Origin: the human T2T-CHM13v2.0 reference genome, Homo sapiens
Assembly (NCBI RefSeq): GCF_009914755.1
Contig: NC_060930.1
Direction: 5' to 3' (one strand)
DNA: 64,000 nucleotides
The notes beneath the pieces were generated by a model. It did not search any database. It saw nothing but the letters and a program-made list of their open reading frames with translations, and had not been told where the DNA came from. Made by a program: the position numbers and the translations under genes. Positions 15,994 through 28,972 of this stretch are shown here, piece by piece (the first letter of the stretch is position 1; each line of letters opens with the position of its first letter).

Positions 15994-16302
15994 GGCCGGG
16001 CACGGTGGCTCACACTTGTAATCCCAGCACTTTGGGAGGCTGAGGTGGGTGAGTCACCTGAGGTCAGGAGTTCGAGACCAGCCTGGCCAACATGGCCCAA
16101 CTCTACTAAAAATTGAAAAATTAGCTGGACGTGGTGGCAGGTGGCTGTAATCCTAGCTTCTCAGGAGGCTGAGCCACAAGAATCACTTGAATCCGGGAGG
16201 CGGAGTTGCAGTGAGCCAAGATTGTGCCACTGCACTCCAGCCTGGGTGACAGAGTGAGACTCCGTCTCAGTCAATCAGTAAATCAATCAGTCAATCAATC
16301 AA
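15994..16302 (+). mobile_element. AluS (sense member of head-to-head pair), (TCAA)n tail
   Basis: ggccgggcacggtgg start; full body. Confidence 0.95.
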
Positions 16303-17061
16303 TGGTAAAAGTAAGAAATTGCCAACCCTGAATTCTATAACAAGTGAAAATATCTTAAAAATAAAGGTGAAAGAAAGCCATTTTGAAATGAAAGATAACA
16401 GACAGAACTAATTGCCAGCAGATAAGCACACCAGGTAATGCTAAAGGGAATTTTACAGGCTAAAGAGAAATGAGAGCAGATGGAAAGTTGATTACATAGA
16501 AATTTTTACCCTGATACTGGTAAATACCTTCATAAAGAGGAAAATAACCATTTTTTTTGCTCCTTCCCCCTTCTTAATTTCTTTATATTACATATGACCA
16601 TTTAATAAAGGGGGGGGGAATAGTATTGTCCTGTGGAGTTTTTGATTCTTGTATGTGTACACGTGGACCTATGTGGTTACAGGTTTCTACATATTATGTG
16701 AAACAGTATAATATTGATTGTAAGTAGGCCTTGAAAAGTTAAAGATTTGTATTGTATCCCCTATAGCAATAACTGAAAAAGCAATGCCAAAAGGTATATG
16801 TAAAGAGCCTTTAAGTATAACTTAAAAACTGAAATGGAATTATAAAATATATTGAAATAATGTATATATAGATATATTGTTCAAAGTCCGGAAGGGAAGC
16901 TAAGGAACAAAATACAGAGGCTACAAATAGAAAAACAGTAGTAAAAATGGTAGATAAACACCTAATCATTCAAAAATTCCATTAAATAGAAATGGAAGAA
17001 CCACTTCAATTGAATGAAAGAGATTGTCAGATTGTCATCATGGATTAAAAATTAAAAGCAA

Positions 17062-17382
<321 letters not shown>

Positions 17383-17397
17383 GTAAACTAAAAAGCA

Positions 17398-17690
<293 letters not shown>

Positions 17691-20064
17691 ATGTACAGTT
17701 TACAGAGAAATACTAGACACAGGTAAGTTGAAAATAAATAGATTGAAAAGCATATTTTAAGAAAACAGTAAAAGATTGAAGTGACTATATTAATATCAGG
17801 TAAAATAGATTGCAACAGAAAAATTTTGTATCAGGTAATGTGGATTCTTCATAGTAACAAAAGTTCATCAGGAGGACATATCAATCATAAGTGTATATTT
17901 ATTTAATGCAGAATGACTTAATACATGAAAACTGACTAAAGGCAGAAATAGTTCCACAATCAGATTGAGATTTTAATGTAACTCAGCAACTAATAAAAAA
18001 AAATTACTCAGAAGATTTGAAATTTATTATTAGCCATTCTTGATCATATTGATGTTTATTAAACGTTATATCTTACAGCTAGAGAATTCTCATTCTTTTC
18101 ACATGCATATGGTACATTCACCAAAACAGAGCATGCTGGGCTTTGTACATGCTGGGCCATAAGGTACAAAGGATTAAGATTATATAGAGTATGAATTTTG
18201 ACCGCAGTGGAATTAAATTTCAAGTATTTGGAAAGTGACACACTTTTTTGTAATCAGTTGGTCAAGAGATGTCAAAGGGAAATCAGAAAATATTTTGGAC
18301 CGAGTGATTGTGGAAATGCAAGATAACAATTTATGAGATGAAGCTAAAGCAGTGTTTGGAGGAAATTTATATATTTAATTATGTTGGAATAAAACTACAA
18401 TTATCTAATTTCCTACCTAATTAAACATTTAAAGAAAACAGCAAGGTAAACCCAAGGTAATGTAAAAAAAGGAAATAATAATAAATTCTTGAAATAGAAT
18501 ACGGACAAGTAGAGAAAAATAATGAAACTAAAAAGAGTTCTTGGAAAAGTTAGTTAAGATAAAGCTCTAATTAGACTAATCCAGAATAAGAGAGAAGACA
18601 CTAATTACCAGTATATTTAATAAAATAGGAGACATCACTGTCGATCATATGGACATTAAAAGGCCTTATAAGAGAATATCATAAACAGCTTTAAGCCAGT
18701 AAATTAGACAACTTAGTTGAAAAAAATAAATTCTTTGGAAAACACAAATTATTACCCAGGAGCAATAGAAAATTTTAGTATCCCTATATTGATTAGAGAA
18801 GCTGAATTTGCAATTAAAAATTATTCCACCAAGACAATGTGAAGCCTAAATGGCCACACTAATAAATTTTATCAAACTTCAAGAAAGAAATATTGTGAAT
18901 CTTATGTAAAGTCTTCCATTAAGAAAAAAAAATGAGAATACTTCTTAACTCATTTTATTATAACAAATTGGTAACTATCATTGTTACTGTGATACTAAAA
19001 TTCAACAAAGATAACAGCAAAACAAAGAATCAGTATTCTTCATGGATATAGATGTAAACATTTTAAACAAAATTTGAGCAAATTAAATTAACGATAAAAA
19101 AAAGAAGATACTGCATTACCAAGAGAGGTATATTTTGAGAATGCAAGTTTAGTTTTAACATCTTGAAACTAATCAGTGCAGTTAATCATAACAATAGAAT
19201 AAAGGTGTAAAACTGTATAATTATATCTAGGAGCAACAGAAGTATTTGACAAAATTCAATACACAAAAATGATAAAGCTTCCCAGCAAACTTAGAAGGAA
19301 ACTTCCTCAGTTTGATAAATTCGCCTTATGAAAAGACATAGTAATATACTCAGCAGTAAAATTCTCAGTGTGTTCCTCCTAAGGTCACAAACAAGCCGAA
19401 GATGTTTGATTTTACCCTGTCTATTCCAATTTGTACTAAAGGTCCTAGCAAGTGCAATAAAGCAGTAAAACAAAATAAAAGGCATACAGAATGGAAAAGA
19501 AGAAGACTTTCTTATTTTTTAATATAGAAAGTTCTAAAGTATATAAAAAGGTCATTCCAGCAAGAAGAGATCATGATCCTAAGTCTCTGTGTATCAAGTA
19601 ACATAGCTTGAAAATATATAAAGCAAAAACTACCAGAACTAAAAGTAGAAGCTCAGAAGTCCACAGTCATACTGTTCACACAACTCCTAATAACTGATAA
19701 AGAGACAAAAACTCAGTAAGAATAGAGATGGTCTGAACTACACAAGTAGCATACTTCATTTAATTATCTAATTATCAAAAAGAACATTGCATCCAACAAT
19801 GACACTATTTACATTATTTTAAAGTGTACATGGTACATATTGTCCAGTTGACCACGTGCTGGTCCATAAAGCTTCAGGAAATTTCAGACATCTGAAATTA
19901 TTCACAGTATATTCTTTAATCATAGTGGAATCGAGCTGGAAATTAAAAACTAAGAGTTGGCCATAAAGGATGTATGTTTTAACTTAAGCATCTGGAAAGA
20001 ACAGTAGAGTAGATTAAAAGCAAAGAGGAAAAATTAATAAATAGAAAATGTATTGAAAATTATA

Positions 20065-20355
20065 TAGTAGTCCTTCCTTATCCACAGTTTTGCTTTTCAT
20101 GGTTTCAGTTACCTGTGGTACAGTACAAGATGCTTCGAGAGATCACATTCACACAACTTTCATTACAGTATATTGTTATACTCTATTTTATTGTTGTTCA
20201 TCTCTTACTGTGCTTCATTTATAAGTTAATCTTTATCATAGGCATGTGTTTATAGGAAAAAACGTAGTGTATATAGTGTTTGGTACTGTCCATGGCTTCA
20301 AGCATCCACTGCAGGTCTTGGAACATATCGCTTGTAGATAAGAGGAGGACGACTA
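20065..20355 (+). mobile_element. MER44 (Tigger7) MITE
   Basis: tagtagtccttccttatccacagttttgcttttcatggtttcagttacc ... gataagaggaggacgacta TIRs. Confidence 0.85.
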
Positions 20356-20463
20356 TATTGATGATTAACTAAAATGAAGGAAGTTTCTGTGAAAATTTAC
20401 AAATGAGACAAACTTTGTAAAACTGATTAAGAAAAAACAAGTAGAACTAAACTTGATTGTAAT

Positions 20464-20500
20464 TATTTTATGTATCACCAACTTGGTGATACATAAAATA
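20464..20500. repeat. Perfect inverted repeat, 18-bp arms, 1-nt spacer
   Basis: tattttatgtatcaccaa-c-ttggtgatacataaaata. Confidence 0.97.
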
Positions 20501-20849
20501 CACAAAACAAAAAAGCAGATTAATTGACAGAGAACTTGCAGTTCACAGAGTTTTTATTTGTATATGAATAATATGAATAGGCTTTTTCTAAACTTATTTC
20601 GTCCTGTCATTTCATTGTATCCCATGGTATACATTAAAAGAAAAATGTAAGTGAAATTAATTAGTGAATGCCTAAGACTTTTTCGCAGAGTTCAGTATCA
20701 GATTTTAGTCATGTTTTTCACAACATACAGCAATCTATACTACCAGGAATGTTCGATGATGCAGCATTTTTAAAAGAGTGACTTACTATTCTCCTCTAGA
20801 ATTTCTTCCCAGGCCATTTCAAGTTTTTGTGCACATTGTTGTCAAGAAA

Positions 20850-21300
20850 TGTGAAGCGCCTAAGATTTTTATCTTGTAAGATAAGCTAGCTTGCCACCAC
20901 AGTTTCATGGATGATGGCAGAAGACCTAGGACTTCTGAATCAGAAGCCATGCTTTATTATTTACAGCAAAAATAGTAGCAGAGTGTTAGCATACTTGCAC
21001 TGATGCCCTGAGCCCTGGTGTGCACAGGGTAACGCAGAGGCCAGACAACACCTGCTCTTGGTGGGCTGGATTTCAGAAGAGGAGCCCAGGGCCAAGGTCC
21101 CCACAATTCTTGAGCAAGAAGCAGACAAGGCAGTCCTCTACCCTTGACCTCCTCAGTTGCATATGTTACTGCAGAAACTGCTCAGCCAGAGGAGATAGAT
21201 AACCCTTGCACTCTGGCACACTCAGTGGGAACATTGAGGGCTGCTCAGAGCTCACCCAACAGTGGTTAGACAGGAACACCTGTGGCTTACTGCTCCCTAG
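20850..21300 (-). mobile_element. ERVL-class LTR fragment (subfamily uncertain)
   Basis: ccacagtttcatggatgatggcagaagac...ctttattatttacagc resembles a reverse-strand LTR 3' end with polyA signal. Confidence 0.5.
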
Positions 21301-23012
21301 CTTATGGCATTAATGAGACACATCGGGTTTCAAAAAAACCTTAAAATACTTTTTAAGAAATGTCTTAGAATAGGTGACACACTGTAAGTAAGTGAAATCA
21401 AGGGCCAAATTTGAAATACTGTATTTAAAAAATCATGGAAAATGCAACAAACAGCTTTAGAGCTATAAATTTGAAAACTGATAATAATTTATTTATCTTA
21501 AAGATATATATTTTCAAATCTATATAGTAAAATCTAGTTAGAAATCCTAACTTTTTTTCTGGTGGAATTTAATGAATTGATTACAGAATTCTTAAGATAG
21601 TAAAATTGCCCATTGGTAGTTGGGACAGTTCTAAAAGAAAAATGGAGGAGTGCTTTCAGAGCATTTAATTCTTATCAGTTTCATAATTGTCTGTATGACT
21701 GAGGGATAAGCAGGTTGACCAATGGAATTAGACTAAGCTATTTTACTCGGATATGTATGTGTGTATTGTGGAAAGAAAGAGGTAGATGGAGAGAAATTTA
21801 CATGAGAAGTGGGAAGCGTGAATTTAATAAATGATATTAGGATAGTTGAATTTGCATATGCAAAAATAAATCTTTTGATGGATCACATGCCCAAAAATGA
21901 AGAGCAAAAAACTCAACCACTAGAAGAAAACTTAGGAGATACATTTATGACTTCATTGTAAAGCAGGATTACTGACTAGAAAACTTAAAAAGGAATATCA
22001 GTAGCTATAACTACATTGAAATGTATTTTAAAAATCCTTTTTATGCAAAAGACACCATACCCCATTTAAAAGACAAGCCACAGAGTGGGAGTGTATTTGC
22101 AACATCTGTAACAAAATGTGTATATTTAGAATTTATTAAAAATTCATTCAAAAACAATTTTAAAAGATCACAAATTCAATTAAAAATGAACAAAGTGTGT
22201 GAACAGGCAATTCACAGGACAGAAAACCTGAATTAAAAATGAACATTTGAAAAGATGCTTTACCTTATTAATACTCAAGCGAATGCACCTTTATATTTAA
22301 TGAGAATAATGTACCATTTGATGTCCTCAATGTTATCAAAGCTATGTCTAGGATATGGAGAAATATGAACTCCCACACAAGTCAGTGTAAATAGACACAG
22401 ACATATTGGAAAGCAATTTGGCACTGTCAACTAATAGTGTGTGTTTTTTTTTAAGAAGGTCCTGTTTGTGGAAATTTCATTATGTGTCAGTTTCTTAAGA
22501 AACTCTTGTCACATGTGTTTTGGAAGATGGGAATGAGGATATTCACTGCAGGATTGTTTATAATAATAATAAATTGGAATCAGTATAAATGGCCATAAAT
22601 GGAGAGATGGAAATATAAATTGTGGTTCTTTGTGTAGCAGAATATTTTGGGGCAGTCAAAATGATGAAATTTGATCAAATACACTTGATTTAACACATAC
22701 TACATCTTGATACTATAACGTTCAAAAGAACAGTTTGAAATTATTCTGTATATTTGATTAGTGATAAAAATATATTGGTGTGTTACAACAAAAGGGAAAC
22801 TTACATATAATGATATGGCGATAGGTCATTCTATATGTGAAGTGGAATTTCAAGTGATCTTATTTCTAGTTTATTAAACTTTCAGAAAGCACTTTAAATA
22901 TTGAATATTTGACTTTTTCTGGCATAGGTAATTAGTGACTGTTTTCTATTTAAGATACAAAATAAGTCCAGCAATTGACATTTGCTATGTAATCAAAGCT
23001 TTTCACTTTTTA

Positions 23013-23143
23013 TTTTTATCTCAAATCGGTCACCTCTTTGTGGTATAAGCTGATTATTTATCTCTCAAATCTGTCACCTCATTGTGATGTAATCTGATTA
23101 TTTATCTCTCAAATCTGTCACCTCATTGTGATATAATCGATTA
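23013..23143. repeat. Minisatellite, 3 x ~44 bp
   Basis: Unit tttatctctcaaatctgtcacctcattgtgatgtaatctgatta at ~23013, 23057, 23101. Confidence 0.95.
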
Positions 23144-23258
23144 TTTTTAAAGAGAATACCTTTTGATGGGATAGTAACTAAATGTGGTATTCTAGGATGT
23201 TAAGGTAAATTAAGATTAATATTTGTTTTGTGGGTCCTTCATTAATGTCTTTCCTTAG

Positions 23259-23709
<451 letters not shown>

Positions 23710-24152
23710 TAAAACTTCATTTTAAATTAAGCTTGAGGGCTTTTATGGTCTTTCAATATACCTTTAATACCTTGATGACTTATTTCAAGAAAGCTTTTTA
23801 TTTTTCTGGTCTTAACTATTTTCCATATTTATTGGATTAATCTGTTTATTAAATAAAATATGTTTTCATACTGAAATGAATACTACTTGCGTTCTTACTG
23901 GTGTAGAGGTGTAGGCTAGAGTATTTGACATTCTGGAATATATTTTAACTTACTTGGCTTTAAAATACTCCTTATCATACTATAACTGTTTTGAAACACA
24001 TATCATAATGTTAGCCTCTTGGGTTCATGCCATGAGCTATAATTATGGTGTTAGTGCCTTAATGGGATGTTTTAAGTTTTATTTTAGAATTTTTATGAAG
24101 GTGAAGCTTTAAAGAAAAGCTTAACAAGTTTCAACCAGAGAAGCAGTAGGGG

Positions 24153-24179
24153 ACACACACACACACACACACACACTCA

Positions 24180-24217
<38 letters not shown>

Positions 24218-24242
24218 AGCTCTCTCTAGCTCTCTCTGTCTC
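24153..24242. repeat. Compound (CA)n(CT)n microsatellite
   Basis: Directly visible. Confidence 0.97.
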
Positions 24243-24518
24243 CCTTATTATGAGGAATTGGCTTGTATAAGTTCATGCTGACTAGTCTAGAGTCCACAAA
24301 GCAGATGGGTAAGGAAGGAAGATCCAGAGGGCACTGTTGTAAACCCAGTTGGTGTTTGGAATATCTGAGCTTAGAAAAGACCAAAGCCCTCTTTTAAAGA
24401 CTTCTAATGGAATATGTCAGGTTAACCCAGGATAATCTCCCTGTTGATTAACTTAAATTCAACTGATTACTTTTCTTAATTACATCTGCAGAATTTCTCA
24501 CAGCAGTATCTAGAGTGG

Positions 24519-24697
24519 TTTTTTGTTTTTTGTTTTGGTTTTGGTTTTTGACACAGTCTCTAGCTCTTTTGGCTCAGGCTGGAGTGCAGTGGCTTAATCT
24601 TGGTTCATTGAAACCTCCGTCTCCCAGGATCAAGTGATTCTCCTGCCTCAGCCTCCAAAGTAACTGGGATTATAGGTGAGCACCACCACGTCTGGCT
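24519..24697 (-). mobile_element. 5'-truncated Alu (right arm)
   Basis: ggctggagtgcagtggc...caccacgtctggct. Confidence 0.88.
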
Positions 24698-27600
24698 TAG
24701 ATTAGTTTTTTCTTGAGTAGCTGGGAGAAGGTATGTGTATGCTACTAAATGGCCACTGTTTTCCATTTATAGTCCACCTCTTGAAAAAATATACTTTATA
24801 GACCATCCCAACTGGAAACATACAAGAAATGAAATTCTGGAAACTCTAGTTCAGCCTAGTTAAGCTGACACACTGCAAAGGTATCACACCGGATAACTAA
24901 CTTTTTTCCCTAAATAGTGTCTCTCTTTATTTTGTCGATTGATATTAAAGGATATTTTCATTGATGAGTGAGGGATATAAATTTAGGTGTTATTAGATGA
25001 TACACAGCTATTTCTAGAAGGTTAAGGTAAATCTGGTAACCTGGTCCTTTTTTGGCTTGTATTTAGCTTATGTTTAGTAAATGGGTTTACCTGCCCCTGC
25101 CCTACATATTCTTTGATTTCCTCCCTGGCACCAATTTCATGTGTTTAGTGTACAAACTCCTTTTAATATTTATTGTGAAGGAAAGTGGTAATTCAGGAGG
25201 TTTTTGCCAAAGTAAGATTCTAGTTTATTAGAATTTGTGTAATCTAGAGAGATGTCTGATTCTTATCTTAAATGGAAAAAAGCTATAGAAGCTGGCTAGG
25301 GAAATCTTGTTTTTCAGGAAAAACTCACATCCACGGAAGGTAGTTGAGTTCATTTCTTTATTTCCTTATTCAACAGACTTCAAAAAAATTTTTCCTTTGT
25401 GGTAGGCTGTGCGCTAAGTGTTTGAATATCCAGTCAAAGATAAGATACAATCAATGCCTGCCCTTTTGTAGTCAGGATGGACAGATACAAATTTTAACTA
25501 GAAGGGGCCGAGATAAGCAAAATTGGAAATCATGTTTTACATAGATACTGTTTTTTGTGGGTCCATGTTCTTAGTTTTTTCCAGTAATGGGTATAATTGA
25601 GAAGAGCCACAGACTCATTTCTAAAGTAGTCATTCAGGCTTCTTGCATATAATTTTCAACACTCTTAAAAACCTTATGAACATTTTAAGGAAGAGAGTAT
25701 TTTGTACCTTTTTGTGAAGAAGGCTTTATTTTGGCTGTTGATATTAAAAAATATTATATTTCATTGATGAGCAAGAGATACAAATTTAGGTGTTACTAAC
25801 TGTTGTCATTAAGGTCAAGTTTTATACATGTAAATAAATTGTAGTTTATGAACTGCAGACATAGAGGTTGAGGTTTCATTTATTCTGTAGTAGATTGTAG
25901 TAACTACTCTTTCAGCATGATTTACAAAGAAAATCAAACTAACTCAATTTATAGATTGCCCTTTTCCATAGAATGTCAATTTTGTATTTTGGCAAGAATA
26001 CCTGTGAGGTAAGCCTAGGAGGCACATAACAATTCTGCCATTTCCAACTCTTCCAAAATGTAAATAGGTATTTAGAGTTACACACCTTGTATGGCTACAT
26101 GAATTTATTTATAGTCTTTTCTTTTTAGAGTAGCATAGCGACAAAAGTAGTCACTGGGCTTTCTGTTCAGTGTGAAGATCTGTTGGTATGTGTTCTGCTT
26201 TATTAATAAATGTAGAGAGCTGAACTAGAGAGTTGATATTCATTGAACATGATATATCCTCTCCCTTTCCCCAATCAGATTCATTTCACTGAATAAACAC
26301 CTGAGTATGAAGGTTATTTCAAGAAGTGCTGGGCAGGAATCCTAACCTTCAGTAGCACATAGTACTATGAAATGAAATGATATGTAGACATGCAGAGTTC
26401 CTTATAAACATATGTCATTAATAAGAACACATGAGTAGGACTGTTGGAGAAATTCAGGACAAAAGAGCTCTTAAGACAGCTTGACAAAAGGGGACCTCAG
26501 AGATCGTGCCAGATTTCCTGTGGGCCTTAAAAAGAGTGGGTGTGATGATATTTTTATGTGGCACAGTGGCGACAGAGATGAAATAAGGAGTCAGATTTGA
26601 GTTCAGGTTCTGGGCCTTCTATTTATGGATTGAAGGACGTAAGACAAGTTACTTTTGCTGTTGAAATTTTCACATGTGAAAAATAAGTTAATATCTACCA
26701 TTCAGGCTTACTAGATATTAAAAGTATTATTTTTAGTGTTCTTTAATACTATTTTAGAATACAGGCAGTTGATAGATCCTGAGGTGTCTATGGTCGTTTT
26801 CAAAAAGATGTTTTCTCCAATTATAATGATTACTATTAACATTTAAATTGACCCTTGCTCTCATAATTAACCACAATAATTATTAATGATAGCTTACTTT
26901 TTAAGCATTATAGTTATTTTATATAGTTGTTATATAAAGTTTGTTTAATATCTCAGAAAATGTTTTTCATTGCATTCACATTTTAGTGTTGTGATGAATG
27001 GCATGTTACATCTGTTTCTTAATTAAGGGGAAGTGGGCCAAAGATATTCTGAAAGAGTAGAGTTACTTTTTGTCTTAGGAAACATGGCTTTAAGCACTAG
27101 TGGACAAGTAACGTACCCTTTGAAAATACTTTCTTGTCACCAGTGAAACATTTTAGAGCTGTTATCAAAGACTGAAGCAAACAATTTTTGATTCTATAGT
27201 TATATGGGTTGATAATAGGGAGAGGAATTGAAGAATTTCAATTTAGCACCATGTCTCTGAAACTTGAACATACTTGAAATGATTTTTAATGAAGGAATAA
27301 AAACATGGATTCTCTGAACTTCTATTTTGTATTTCTCTGAGAGATTACTGTTTTCTTGGCTGATGTAGTTGAATTCTTAGGTGTTTGCAGTAAAGTATAA
27401 GATAATAAAATGGTTAACGTTTAACAAACTCATCATTATAACACTGGATAATGTATAGAATATGTAAAAAATGGCATTTATTAAAAAAATCATGAGTGTA
27501 ACAGTCTAGGTTTTAGCTAGCAAGAAGTTCAGGATTTTTTTTAAAATAGTGTTTGGGGAAATTATAAATGTCGGTTGCATAATTGTAATTCATGAAGGAA

Positions 27601-27922
27601 GACATTCATACAGCTATTTTTTACCTGTTTTCAAAACTATAGAAAAAAAAAGGTGGTACGAGATTGTCCTAAGAATTATCCTATTTTAGCTTGACTACCA
27701 CCTATTAGCTACAAGGCTTTGCAGTGGTGCTGTTAGCTAGGTTCATATGACCTATGTCCAAATCATGCTGGCAACATCATTGAAGAATGATTTTTTCAAT
27801 GCTTTCAAGTTATTAACATATTTGAATGTACATGTCAGTCTTACCCAAAGGAAGTGAAAATAATTCAGTATCTTCAAGAAAATGGAAAAACTGCATTATT
27901 TAATATACTCTGCTGCATTAAC

Positions 27923-28030
27923 TATCACTTTTTATAGTTTTGCTAATCAAATTATGATGAAGGGTTATGAGAAATATATCACTTTTTATAGTTCTCTTGT
28001 TAGCCAAATTTTAATGAAAGATTGGAAGAA
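27923..28030. repeat. Diverged tandem duplication, 2 x ~54 bp
   Basis: tatcactttttatagtt...caaatt..atgaa at 27923 and 27977. Confidence 0.8.
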
Positions 28031-28538
28031 AAGTCTAGGATTATTATGGGTTTTGGATGACAGAGGTGATGTAAGTGTAGGAGAAATGTATGCCTAGAGG
28101 ACCTAAAGTCACCTAGTTTTTCTAATGACGTAAAATTACCCTTGGTTTTTTTCTGCTGAGAAGAATGGGTGTGTGAAATACACGTTAATACTTTGGAATT
28201 TAAGTGAAGAAAGAACTCCATTTAATACACTAAGCATTTGTACCGTCTAGTATTATATTTTTAATCTGCATCAGACATTATGTCATCCGAATATCAGCCC
28301 ATGAGTATAGAGGTATGCTCTTCTTAGTAGCTATACCTGCTGCCACCTGACTGTGCACAAGGAGCACCATGCTTTGGATCCTTCCCTATGGGAATCGCTG
28401 GGATGTGTTGTAGATACCTGTCTATATATTTTTCAGTTGAAATTAGAAGGATAATCTTACAGATATTTAAATGTGTTAAACCTTAAATGTAACAAATATT
28501 TTAGATTAACATATATAGACTATTAACATTGTGTTTGA

Positions 28539-28972
<434 letters not shown>

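Larger units (their letters stand above)
19545..22760 (+). mobile_element. Second, older L1ME-like ORF2 fragments (interrupted by MER44 and an LTR)
   Basis: Endonuclease-region text restarts at ~19560; 3' ORF2 motifs at 21900-22650 (ccactagaagaaaacttagg, gaacaggcaattcacag, ttggaaagcaatttggca). Confidence 0.6.
24130..24887 (-). mobile_element. MLT2-family (ERVL) LTR, containing (CA)n(CT)n microsatellite and an Alu fragment
   Basis: ttattatgaggaattggctt, taattacatctgcag, gcctagttaagctgacac...tatcaca terminus. Confidence 0.7.

Noticed and set aside
23013-23143. CRISPR-like repeat array
   Set aside because: Units are contiguous with no unique spacers, in primate DNA; it is a minisatellite.
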